Shown here: one piece after another, positions 39,501 to 52,490 of the stretch
Position numbering within the stretch: the stretch's first letter is position 1
Layout of the letters: every line of letters begins with the position of its first letter
From: Azolla caroliniana
Lineage: Eukaryota; Plantae; Polypodiophyta
Length of the DNA stretch: 64,000 nt
NCBI GenBank assembly: GCA_043228905.1
Contig: JBHGNT010000006.1
Span: 18,228,001-18,292,000, forward strand
Reading direction: 5' to 3'
The notes under the pieces: generated by a model
What the model saw: only the letters and a program-made list of their open reading frames with translations
The model's database searches: none
Told to the model about the DNA's origin: nothing
Program-made: the position numbers and the translations under genes

Positions 39501-41128
39501 GTTCAAATAACCTGAACTTACCATGGAATTTTTACGTGTTCCTGCACGGAAGCTTCTTCATTGAAGCTCCGCAGTTTTGTAGAGAGCTACTAAACACTGC
39601 ATACTTTATGAAAAGCCATACTATAATCAGGATTTCTGCCTATATCTCAAAAAACTGGGATTGTGGCCAATGGCAATAAGGAACTTCCTTCGATGTCTAT
39701 GTGCTCCTAAAGATTTCATCAGCACTTGGCATTCCAAGGGTGCTCTTCTATAATATTGACAATTGTATAGAGCATTGAGAGTCACATGGAGTTACAAATG
39801 GTGAAGTGAAGGTTGCACTTTATGACATGAGAATACAGCTGTTGAATCATTGATCAGTGCAGGAGACTCGTCTCATAACAAATAAGCCATGCAGAAAAAT
39901 AAGTTTACACCTTGCTCTCCCCTCTGTGGCTTAGAACACTGCATTATATTTTATGCTTCTGTGTACACTTCAGAGAAACATTTAAAGTCAGTTGAACCAC
40001 ATCTTTTCCTTTTATAGTTTCAACTTCACAATCAGTATTTTACATTACACGAATTTCTGCAAATGGATATCATTGTATAACAGACTTTTCTTCTTTGATT
40101 TTTTTAATATAGCATTTTATTTCTTTCAAAAATGTATATAAAGTAACCTGGTTATCAAAAATATATATAAAGTAAAATTATTTAATGTTTCTTTATTGGT
40201 TTGAATCCTTAAGGTCCTGTTCTTTTGAGTTACCTCATAACATGACTTTTCAAATGGTCATTGAAGTTCTGCCTGTGATAGTATTATGAAAGATGAAATC
40301 CACTAATATATGCAGTAGAGAGAAATGCTAGTGTGCATTGAAATTCTTCCACTGATTTCTCATGATAAACCTATCTGAAAATCATTTGTTAAACAATGAC
40401 CGATGGGAGTAAATGTTACAAATGTCCAATTGATTAAATGTATGACCAGCAAGTTAAGGGCTGAGTCATGTATTAGGAAGTCACAATCATGGCCGTTTCT
40501 TGTATGCTTCAAGGTTGTACAATATATTATGGAAGCCGTGATATTATATTATCTAGTATTGCTACCACAAACAAATTTCGTTTTCAACCTTTGATATTTA
40601 TTGTGGAGGAAGAGGGAAAAAGTGGAATCAAACGGGTTATCGGCAACCATTTAGAAACCCGTAAATGCTTGGAGTCTCACCCAATTGTGGATTTACTAGA
40701 CAACATTTGCAAAATGTCACTTCCAATGTGGTTTTTACAAGTGCAACTAATATATTGTATCATTGCTTCAATGTCACTTTCGTCGTGGTGGTCAACTTCA
40801 TACTTGGGCATCTTACCTTTGCCTTCGTCCGATCTGGCCCATGGTTGAGACGTGCTTAGAATGCTTGAAGGCTCGTGTGGTCCACTTAGCTCGGTAGAGC
40901 TTGGACTATCCTTTCGTAAAGGACTTGGCTGAATATCGTCATACGAGTTGACGTCTGACTCTTCCTCAGTCGGGCTGGATGGAGTTGAATCAGGTTCATA
41001 CTAGGGATCAGCAACAACTCGGCTCAAGCCTAAACCGTTTGGCTAAAGAGGCTTAGCGGCGTAGAGGTTGCAAATGCTCTTGATCTTGATGGTGTATGTT
41101 GTTGTTCAACTCTTGCTAGAGTTGAAGT

Positions 41129-41362
41129 TGTTAGGATCTTGGTCCCTCCGGATGGGATGATGAAGGCTCGGTGAGAACCTCTCACCGGATGAAGGGACAT
41201 ATATGTAAATATGTTTTTGTTAGCCCATTGTGGCTATATTTGTAAATAGCCCGAAATTCATATTAGTATAAATATGACCTAGGGCAAACAGTGATCTATG
41301 TGTGTGTGTGCGTTGTTATTATTTTGTATAGAGTTATTGGTGTAATTGCTGTATAGAGCGTT

Positions 41363-41408
<46 letters not shown>

Positions 41409-44400
41409 TCTGCTTTAACCGCCGCCAGGCGAAGATTGTGAACATGAGGTCGTTGCCTCTGTGTTCCCTTGTTGTATTCTCCTTACATAGTGATAGTTTG
41501 GAGTCTGGGGGTTCCCGTGGTTTTTCCCGTTTAGGGTTTCCACGTTAACATCTTGTGCATTCTCACTTCCATTTCTCACTTCTTCTGTGTTTGATTATCA
41601 TTAAGTGATCTAAGTCTCGGTTGTGGCCGAAGATTATTCTGCATATTTTCTTCAATCTGGTATCAAAGCGAAACGACACAAAAATAAATGGAAGATTCGT
41701 TGGGTGGCATGTTGAAGCTCACCGGCTCCAACTACTCAGTGTGGAAGTCGAAGATGAGGGATAGGCTCGTGGTCAAAGATCTCTGGTTGCCGGTTCAGTT
41801 CGGGAACAAGAGACCGGACAAGATCGACGCCACGATATGGGAGGTGATGCACATGAAGACAACGACGTACATACGGTGCTTCATCGACATGAGCCTGTAC
41901 AACAACTTCAATGAAGAGAGTAAGGCTCATGAGCTATGGGAGAAGATCATCATTATGTTTCAAAACAAAAATGTTGTGAATCGGGCTTCGGTATTCTGGA
42001 AGCTAGTGAGGCTCCGATACCAAGACAGCTCCAGTATGGCGGAGCACATGAATGCTTTCCAGGGGCTGATACATCAAGCAACCTCATTGGAAGTACCTCT
42101 TGCAATGAGGTACTAGCACTACTCCTGCTCGGTTCCCTCCCGGATAGCTGGGAGACGTTGGTTGTCACTCTGGGCAACGCCGGGCCGGAAGGGAAACAAT
42201 TATCCCTAGCAAGAGTCAAGTCGAGCTTGCTAGATGAGGAGGTGCGTCGGAAAGACAAGGATACGAGCTCCAACTCCAAAGCACTCCTTACCGAATCAGA
42301 ATGCGGAAGACAAAGGAACCGGAGTCCCCAGAACTAGGAAAAGTCGGGGACACGATCAAAGTTAAGGGGAAGGCCCATTTGCTTCTATTGCGGCAAGCCG
42401 GGGCACTTCCAGAAGAACTGTCGGCATTTCCGGAAAGACAAGGGAACCGACAATACCGATTCGAAGAAGTCACCGGACCAAAACGGATCGGATCGGCGAG
42501 GACCGGACCGGAAGGGAACGACGACAATCGCTGCAAGTGAAGAAGAGTTGATGCTCATCACCGAGGAGAGTGAGTTGAACCTTGCCATTGATGAGAAAAC
42601 GTGGTTGTTGACTTTGGAGCATCGTTCCACCTCACCCTGGACCAGAAATGCTTCTCATCCTACACAGCCGGTGAGCATGGTTGTGTCCAGATGGGGAATG
42701 AAGGGACATGCTGAATTATCGGCATAGGAGATGTGTTGTTGATGACATCAACCGGATGCAAGTTGCTGCTGAAGGATGTCCAACATGTTCCGGAGGTTCG
42801 ACTGAACTTGATATCAGCCGGTTGGCTAGATGATGAAGGCTTCATGGGTAGCATCCGGAACGGTGTCATGAAGTTCAACAAGGGGAGCCTAATAGTGGCT
42901 AGGGCCCGAAAAGTCAACAGTCTGTACCTAATGAATGCCTGGTTATGCCGGGAAGACGTGAACGTGGCATCCGACACTGTCGGTGAGCTGTGGCATAAGA
43001 GACTGTGTCATATGAGCGAGAAGGGGATGAGGAGGCTTGCCGATGAAAACCTCATTCCGGTGAAGGACGTGCATCTTGAGAGGTGCACCGACTGCTTGGC
43101 CGGTAAGCAAAACCGAACCTCCTTCCGATCAAGGCCACTGATGAGATGTAGTGCACCATTGGAATTGGTGCATACCGATGTGTGTCAAGTGGACATGAAG
43201 TCACATGCCGGATCGCAGTACTTCGTGACATTCATAGATGACCACAGCCGGAGGCTGTGGGTCTCACCGTTGAAGACGAAGGATCAGGTGTTGTTCGTCT
43301 TCAAGGAGCTCCACGCGAGAGTGGAAAGAGAAACCGGCCGGAAGTTGAAGGTGGTTCAAGCAGATAATGGAGGAGAATACCGGGGGCAGTTCGAGGAGTA
43401 CTGCCGCTCGAAGGGAATCCGGCTCGAATTTATTGTGCCGAAGACACCGGAACTAAAGGGGCTGATCGAGAGGATGAACCAGACCATAATGGAGAGGGTC
43501 CGGAGTATGCTGACACATGCAAGGTTATCCAAGACGTTTTGGACTGAGGCGCTGGCGACAACGACGTACGTGATAAACAGATCACCCTCGGTGCCCTTGG
43601 ACGGAGACACGCCGCAGAGAGTATGGACCGGTAAGGAAGTGTCTTACCGGCACCTGAAGGTGTTCGGGTGTCTCTCTTATCTCCATGTTACAAAGGACCG
43701 GAGAGAAAAGTTGTATCCAAAGTCCCGGCCTTGCATATTCCTCGGATACGGCACTGATGAGTTCGGTTACCGAGTGTGGGATCCCGTCGACAAGAAGGTT
43801 TTCTGGAGATGAGATATTATCTTCATGGAGGACAAGACCCTTGCCGACTGGTAGTCGGAGAAGAAGATAATGAACTCCGAGTCGACCGGTAAGGATCGGT
43901 TCGATGAGATACGAACCTACCTGGCTAAGAGCCGGTTAACACTCTAAGAACCGGCCGGTTACGGAGACGAAACCGAACTGACCGAAGAAGAAGAAGAGGA
44001 AGCTGAAACCGGAACCGGCCAAGACCCCGAATCAGATTCGGATGAAGAACAAACAGAGGAGCCGGTTGCTGAAAACCAAAGAAACAGATATCCTCTCAGA
44101 GAGAGAAGGGCCCCCTAGAGATTTCCGGATGCAGAGTGCGTGTTGCTAACCGATGAGGGGGAGCCAGAAAGCTTCGAAGAAGCGAAGGATGACACCCATA
44201 GCTGCAAGTGGTTGAGTGCCATGCAGGACGAGATGGATTCCCTACATGAGAACGACACGTAGTAATTGATGGAGTTGCCGAAAGGAAAGCGAGCACTCCG
44301 AAACAAGTGGGTGTACAAGCTGAAACTGGGAGATGCAGGCAACCCCCCAAGGTACAAAGCCAGGATTGTGGTGAAGGGGTTCCAGCAGAAGAAGGGAGTG

Positions 44401-45980
44401 GACTTCGACGAGATATTTGCCCCGGTAGTGAAATGACTTCCATCCGGACGGTGCTGAGCATAGCGGCAAGCATGGACCTCGAGGTAGAGCAGTTAGACGT
44501 GAAGATGACGTTCCTCCATGGCGACCTCGAAGAGGAGATCTACATGCAGCAACCAGAGGGATTTGTGAAGAAAGGGAAGGAGCACCTGGTTTGCCGGTTG
44601 AAGAAGAGCCTCTACGGTTTGAAGCAGGCTCCCCGATAATGGTACAGGAAGTTTGACTCCTTCATGATGGATCAAGGATACCACAAGACGCAGGACGATC
44701 ACTGCGTGTTTGTGAAGAAGTTTGAAGGTGGAGACTTCTTGATACTCCTCCTGTACGTGGACGACATGTTGATCGTTGGACAAGACCAAGTCAAGATATG
44801 GACGTTGAAGAAGGCTCTGAACCGGACCTTCTCAATGAAAGACTTGGGTCCGACAAGACAGATACTGGGGATGCATATCATCCGGGACCGGTCAAAGAAG
44901 CAATTGTGGCTGTCATAGGAGAAATACTTGACAAAGGTGCTTCAGCGGTTCAACATGTCAGACGTGAAACCGGTCGGATTGACACTTTCGGCAAACTGCA
45001 AGCTATAAGGTAAGCAAAGCCCGAAGACGAAGGCAGAGAAGGCGGATATGGTGAAGATACCATATGCCTCTGCCGTCGGGAGCTTAATGTACGCAATGGT
45101 GTGTACCCGATCGGATATCGGATACGCAGTCGGAGTGGTGAGCCGGTTTATGAGCAATCCCGGCAAGGAGCGTTGGAATGCGATAAAATGGATACTCTTG
45201 TACTTGAAAGACACCTCAAGTATGTGTCTCCGATTCGGCTCTGGTAAACCCCAACTTGATGGTTTCACCAATTCAGATATGTCGGCTGCTGCGGATACCA
45301 GCTGGTCAACATCGGGATATGTTATGACATATGCAAGGGGAGCTGTTTTGTGGTAGTCGAGGCTGCAGAAGACATTTGCGTTGTCAACCACGGAGGCGGA
45401 GTACATGGCGGCTATGGAAGCCGGCAAGGAAATACTATGGATGAAGGACTTCATCGAAGAGCTAGGGATCCGACAAGAGGAATACCGGCTCTATTGCAAC
45501 AGTCAAAGTGCCATCCACCTTGCGAAGAATGTAGCGTATCATTCCAGGACGAAACACATCCAGCGGAGGTACCACTTTATTCGGGAGCGAGTGGAAGATC
45601 GAGAGTTCGTACAGACGAAGATCCACACGGAGGAGAATGGGTCAGATATGCTGACCAAGGTGCTGACGCCCGACAAGCTAGACGCATGCCGGAAGCGAAT
45701 TGGACTAACCAGACATCCCATGCCGGAGTGAAGGGGGAGTTTGTTAGGATCTCGGTCCCTCCGGATGGGATGATGAAGGCCCGGTGAGAACCTCTCACCA
45801 GATGAAGGGACATATATGTAAATATGCTTTTGTTAGCCCATTGTGGCTATATTTGTAAATAGCCCGAAAGTCATATTAGTATAAATATGACCTAGGGAAA
45901 ACAGTGATCTGTGTGTGTGTGTGTGCGTTGTTATTATTTTGTATAGAGTTATTGGTGTAACTGCTGTATAGAGCGTTGTA

Positions 45981-46027
<47 letters not shown>

Positions 46028-46289
46028 TTTGTTGTAACCGCCGCCAAGCGAAGATTGTGAACATGAGGTCATTGCCTCTATGTTCCCTTGTTGTATTCTC
46101 CTTACATAGTGATAGTTCGGAGTCTTGGGGCTCCCATGGTTTTTCCCGTTTAGGGTTTCCACGTTAACATCTTGTGCATTCTCTTCTATTTGTGTACTTA
46201 CTTCCATTTCTCACTTCTTCTGTGTTTGATTATCATTAAGTGATCTAAGTCTAGGTTGTGGCCGAAGATTATTCTGCATATTTTCTTCA
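41129..46289 (+). mobile_element. Full-length but decayed Ty1/copia retrotransposon (copia A)
   Basis: LTRs 41129-41654 and 45742-46289 (TG...CA); PBS TGGTATCAAAGC 41658-41669; PPT GAGTGAAGGGGGAG; TSD GAAGT/GAAGC (1 mismatch); gag-PR-INT-RT-RH order with several stops and frameshifts. Confidence 0.97.
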
Positions 46290-47199
46290 GAAGCTTGCGA
46301 GCGGGTGTGTTAGCGGCGAAGGTTTTCTTCAAGTTTTTCCCACGCTTCTTTAGGTGTCTTGGAGTCTCGAATGTGGCTAAGCATGTGATCATGGACACAT
46401 ATTGCCAAACAATACATTACCTGACTTGCTCCTTGCTCCCATGTTGGGTAGTTGGCATTTGTGATGTCGGGTTTATTTTCGAGTGCACCGTTGATGTAGC
46501 TCCAATACCCTTGGCTGACTAGGAATTGCTCTGATCTCGCTTTTCACTAGGGAGTGAGCTACCCATTTGTGTGTTCATGTTCATGTAGTGTCTTCCTTTT
46601 TTATTTTTCTTCCTTTGGTCACATACATGTGCTACGTAGCAGCACTATGGTTGCGAATAACCGAATTTGTCGTCGGCTTATCGAACACACAATCACAATG
46701 AGTTGGGTGGGCTTAGTGAATATGCTAAACTACACGCTCAACTACTATGTTAATAATTAGGTAATTAACTAAGGGTTAATTAGTGTCTAATTTTGTAAGT
46801 AGTTGATCACATATATGATTAAGCAACGGAAGATTATGTGATGTGTGTGTGCCTATGTGAGAGGGAAAGAGACAGAGGAAGTTACACTTATGAACAATAA
46901 GATAAATGGGGGATGATTAACAAGAGTGTAGCCAAAGACCTTTCTCTATATATACATCTCATGTGCAAGGGTGCACATGTGTGAGGAGAATATAGGTACA
47001 AGGATCTAAGTCCTATATTCAATGAACTTGCTAGTGGAGTATCTAAAATGTATCCTCACTTAAGTACAAAATCTTATTTAAGGCTTTAAGGTCAACACTT
47101 CTAACTAGATTCTAATTATGTAACTAGTAAGTTACATGGTTGATTAAATAACTAAACCTAGTTGAGCTTAATATCTCAACACCTCTAAAGCAACATAGA

Positions 47200-47661
47200 C
47201 TCACAACAAGCACTCACTTCTTTTGCATTGTTCAAGTGAAAGATAATATTCATTGATTCGTACAAGTTTGATTGTTCGTCAGATTTGGAGCTACATTTCT
47301 TAGATTTGGCACACATTATTTGATGCCAAGATAGTGGGCATTTACACATTTCATATAGGTTGACCCAAAATCGGAGATGGAGATCATTTTCCTTTTATTG
47401 AGATAGTGTTGATCACGTCATAACTGATATATGCACAATGCTTTTGTATTTGATGCAAAGCATAAACACGAAAGTTGGAGGGAGTATTAATGTGAAAATT
47501 TTCTTTTTTGGGGCAGTAAAAATTGTTTTCTTCGTGGAGTGTTCATCTTTCCTATTAGTGATTCATTATATCCCATTACGCTTGAAGTGCTGATGACACT
47601 AAATTGTGGTACCATTCCAATGTTTTTTCATGCACATATATTAATTTAACTATGTGTTCTC

Positions 47662-47665
<4 letters not shown>
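47200..47665 (+). mobile_element. L1-like LINE 3'-terminal fragment (older copy)
   Basis: Homologous to 48540-49030 (e.g. GGTTGACCCAAAATCGGAGATGGAGAT vs GGTTGGCCCAAAATCAGAGATGGAGAT); ends CACCA followed by (GA)n. Confidence 0.75.

Positions 47666-47718
<53 letters not shown>
47666..47718. repeat. (GA)n microsatellite between two L1-like fragments
   Basis: Direct reading. Confidence 0.95.
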
Positions 47719-47720
<2 letters not shown>

Positions 47721-49054
47721 ATATTGAACTTATCTAAGCATATGATGGCTCGTAGATTTTCATTACTACAAGATATGTGTTCAAACTCACAACCATGGAT
47801 ATCTATTGTTCAATATTTCAATGAGAACAAGGGTTTAACACATGGGAGGACAACGATTAAGGCTTCATGGTGGCAATTATTGAATGGATGTATTTCACTT
47901 AGGATTTCGGGCTCTACATGTGTTTCACACTTGGTTACCTCATGGCAAGAAGCACTCTTGTTATGTGCATGGAAACCATCATCTAGTAGAGAGCATTGTA
48001 ATTCTTTGCACAAAGAGTTACTTGTGTCTTCTCGGTTATTATGTTGGCCAGGAAAGGAGAGATTGCGCTCTCAATTTAATCGTTTGTTTCGTTTTGAGGT
48101 CAAAGAGGTGGGAGATATAGTTGAGGCTCCATCTCAAAGAATTTTGGAGTTTGATGAAGCGCGACAATTATTATGCATTCCGCCTAATTATGGGTTTATT
48201 TGGCAACAACTACAAAAGATTGCATTGATGCAAGGTCCCATACCTCTACAAACGGGAGAACAACCATGGCTTGATTGGTGTTTAAAGGGTCAAACGTCAT
48301 TGTTACAAGTGACTACTAATCTTTTGTATCATTGCTTTGTTGAGTCTCTTGGATGACTATCATCTAAGGTTGAAGAAGAATGGAGATTACACAAATATGA
48401 TTATGGGTGGTGGCAGATCTTACAACGTAGTTGGCATTCTAAATTGCCACGTGTAGTAAAGGTCTTCATTTGGAGAGTTTTGATTGGAGGATTGCCTTTG
48501 GGATTAGCTCTAAAGCGTCGTGGATTAGCAACATGTAATTGTTTCTTTTGCACTATTCAAATGGAAGATAGTACTCATCGATTTATGCAATGTTTGATTG
48601 CTTGTCAGATTTAGAGTTACATTTCTCAAATTTGGCAAGTTTTATCACGGTATTATTTGACACCTAGACAGTGGGTGTTTGCACAATTTACACAGGTTGG
48701 CCCAAAATCAGAGATGGAGATTGTTTTTCTATTTTTGAGATATTGGGGATTGTGTCATAATTGGAATATGCGCAACACTTTTGTATTCGACGGTAGACAT
48801 GGAGTGAAAGCATATATACGAAATTTGAAGGGACTACTAATGTGGCAATTTTCTTTATTGGAGAAAGTGGAAATTCTTTCCTCGGTGGAGTGTTCGTCTT
48901 GCCTATTGGCAATTCAACATGTTCCACTACCCGTGTAGTGTAGTTAATGGGTGACCATACTCCATTGTCACACCTATTGTAAGTAGTGTCTTTTACACAC
49001 ATTTATTAATATAATTATGTGTTTTCACCAAAGAGAGAGAGAGAGAGAGAGAGA
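47719..49054 (+). mobile_element. L1-like LINE 3' fragment with zf-RVT domain, ending in (GA)n
   Basis: 48447-48600 translates as PRVVKVFIWRVLIGGLPLGLALKRRGLATCNCFFCTIQMEDSTHRFMQC (zf-RVT-like); ends CACCAAA(GA)n at 49026-49054. Confidence 0.85.
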
Positions 49055-50494
49055 AAAGATTATATTAAGAATTGGTCAAAATGTGCATTTCTTTCATGTT
49101 TGATAGTAGACATTATTGTTATTTCTGGCCACACTATCAAGGTGTGTAGATGGGCCATGGACGCCCAAATGTTATTATTTTTCATACAATGTACATATCT
49201 ATACTAACTTTTTAAAAGTGAGAAAAGGGAGGAAAATGGGCAAATTTTTGTTAGAGGGTAGAACAAAATTTTGAGGAGCTCATACTTAGCTTCTTATCTT
49301 TCACCATCAATGCTTCTAAGTACATCGAACACCAACATTTCTAGACATATCTACCTTTGTCACTAGTCACATGTTGTCAGTCTTTGATGGTCTTTTTCGT
49401 TTTGTTAGTTGGCTTCAAGTTTTTAAGAGGAAATCTTACTTTCCTCTTTAAACATGTTCGCGTTCACAAGTGGAAGGATCGTGCATTCCACTTGTAGATT
49501 CTTTTTATAACCTTGCGGTTTTAGGCAATTTTCAGAAACTTGATGTACCACTATCACATATTTTTAAAAGCATATAAAATTTGCTGATTTTTTGAGATTT
49601 AACAAGTGTCAAAACGATACTTTCTAAAATTGTATTAGTTTTAAGATAAATGTTTAAACGTTGATGGCCTACATATATGAAATGTAGTTAACTTCAAGCA
49701 AATCACAATGGTTAACTGAAAGTAGAAGTTAAGATTAATGGTTTCACCATCTTCAGGAGATGTAGGTTCTAGATGTGGAAGTGACATCTATTGTTAGTGA
49801 AAATATTTTATGTATAAGAGGTAACACTCTAATCTTGAATGTCATGAACATCTATAAATTTAGTGCTCATCAACATCCATAAATTCACAAATCCAAAACT
49901 GTAGACAATATTCATAAACAATTTTGATAAATTCACAATTCTAAAAATGTAGACTATTCAAAATTCACAATTCACAAGTCAAAACTGTCAAAAACACCGG
50001 GACATTTGAAATATGTAATATGTCACATTTGTTAGATATAATCAATGATTAGCCCCAAGTTGTAAATCTATCCCCATATATGCTCTTAGAGTGCACATTT
50101 TGTGATAGCCCCCAAATGAGGAGCGGCTAGTGTGCAACTCGACCATATGGGTCGATAAGGTGTTAATCTAGGAAATCGTAAATGCGTAGGACACAATGGA
50201 TTTAGGAAAGAGCGAAATAGTTAATAGGATTGGCTAATCAAGTCAACTAGAAATTTATGTGGGCAAGTTACAATGTACTTAGTCTTGAAGTATGTGCCAT
50301 TGACTTCAAGATAAATACTATCTAACACTAGCCTGTATCTAGGGAGTTGGGTCATATTAAATGACAAGTCAGTTGATAGAAATGGAATATCTCCACTACT
50401 ATCAACTGACATGCACATTTAATGTTACACTCAAACAAAATAGAGAATATAATCCACTCTCTTACACAGTGGTGGATTGATCATTAGTTCCCAC

Positions 50495-52490
50495 TAATTT
50501 TGTAGTGAGCTGGTCCGACAAACAACCGACCTACGATAGGCTTCATATATTCGAATGCGAAGCCTACGCGTTCATCCCTAGGGAGAAAAGGACAAAGTTG
50601 GCACCCCATGCAACGAAGTGCATATTTTTCGGTTATGGAACTGATGGGGATTTCGACTATAGGCTATGGGACCTTGAGAATTGGAAATTAATCCGGAGCA
50701 GTGACGTGGTCTTCAATGAAGACTCTATCTTCTCTTAGAGGAACCAGTAGAAAATAGTGGGCAAGAAGGTATCATTTGAAGATGACAACGACATCGTAGA
50801 AAGATCGACCCACCGGGCCGAATCAAAGAGTCAACGGATAGTTGAACTCCAACCAACCTACAACATTCCTGCTGACACCGAATTAGCAATAAGTCCCAAT
50901 GTCGAACTCAAAGACAAAGTCATCAAAGACAAAGCCGAATTGATGACGGTCGATCAAGGCAGAGTCAACAAGGGACAAGTCAGAAAAGAGTCGACAACAA
51001 CCATAGGAGATCTGGATGAGCTCGAAGGCAAACTGAGTTTTATCAACTGGGCCTCGACTACGTCAAATACACGGATGCAAGTGAACCAAGCACGTATGAA
51101 GAAGCTATGGCCGCATTGGACGCCAAAACATGGCTACAGGCCATGAAATCCGAAATGGACTCGATTGATCAGAATCAGACATGGGAGCTGGTCGAGCTAT
51201 CAGCAGGAAGAAAGCCGCTACCTTGCAAATGGGTGTTCCGATACAAGTATGTATCCGACTCAGAGAAACCCAAGTACAAAGCTCAGCTTGTTGTGAAAGG
51301 ATTCAAACAGGAATATAGGGTCAACTACGACGAGATATTCTCACCAGTAGTCAAGATGACCACCCTTTGACTCCTACTAGGAGTTGTGGAGATAGAAAAT
51401 CTAGAGCTCGAGCAAATGGACGTAAAGACGACATTCCTACACAGAGATCTAGAAGAAGACATATACATGTGTCAACCGGCAGGTTTCGAGGCGATGGGGG
51501 ACGACAATCACCTCCTATGTCGACAAAAGAAAAGTCTATATGGCCTAAAACAAGCGCCAAGAATGTGGTACCAGAAGTTTGACTCCTACATACGACAACT
51601 TGGATACAACAGATCATACTCTGACCCATGCATGTATGTTCGGCAACGGGCCGACGAGTCAAGGATCTATCTGATCCTATACGTCGATGACATGCTGATT
51701 GCAGGGAGCAATCAAGTAGAGATCGGTAAGCTAAAATGGAGCCTTCACGCAAAGTTCGCGATGAAAAAACTCGGAGAAGCCCGACACATACTGGGCATGA
51801 GGATAGAGCAAAATCGGACGACCAAAACTCCCCGACTCTCCTAGTCTGAATACATCCGCAAGGTGCTGAAGCGCTTCAACATGGAGACCACGAAGCAAAC
51901 ACCGACACCGCTTCTGATGTTGATCTGACTATCGCATAGAGACTCTCCAACAACGAACAAGGAGAGAGAGCTTAATGGAAAGATACCCTATGCATCGACA
52001 GTAGGAAGTATCATGTACGCAATGGTGGCGACCCGACCCGACCTAGCCGATGCCGTAGGGGTGGTCAACCAGTACATGTCAAACTGAGGAAAGAAGCATT
52101 GGGAGGCCATCAAGCACATCCTTAGGTATCTAAAAGGAACCACGGATGCACAACTGACTTTCGGACTGACAATCTCAGTTGAAGCACATTGAGGTGCAAT
52201 ATCATCATATCCGGGAGCTCATGACCGAGAAGAAACGCGAAGTCCGGAAGATCGACACCGAGGTGAACATCGCCGATTGCTTGACGAAGCCACTCCTAGA
52301 TCAACGCTTCGGAACGCTAAGGATGAAGATGGGGCTACGACAAGCGACCGAGCATAAGAAAGCCGAACAAGGAGCAGAAGGTAAGAGCTGACCGACACTC
52401 ATACTATACCTCTACCGACTCGACTACTTGCCGACAGACTTGTAACATAAGATCTAGTTAAATTTGTAATCTAGGTTTACGGGGGAGATA
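50495..52490 (+). mobile_element. Degenerate Ty1/copia fragment (copia C): integrase C-terminus, RT, partly deleted RNase H
   Basis: KCIFFGYG...SSDVVFNE; QTWELVEL...CKWVF; QMDVKTTFLH; LYGLKQAPRMWY; LYVDDML; KHIEVQYHHIRE. Confidence 0.9.

Noticed and set aside
40550-41128. Possible older minus-strand retroelement (gag-like) interrupted by copia A and continuing at 46290-47180
   Set aside because: No unambiguous motif, PBS or LTR pair
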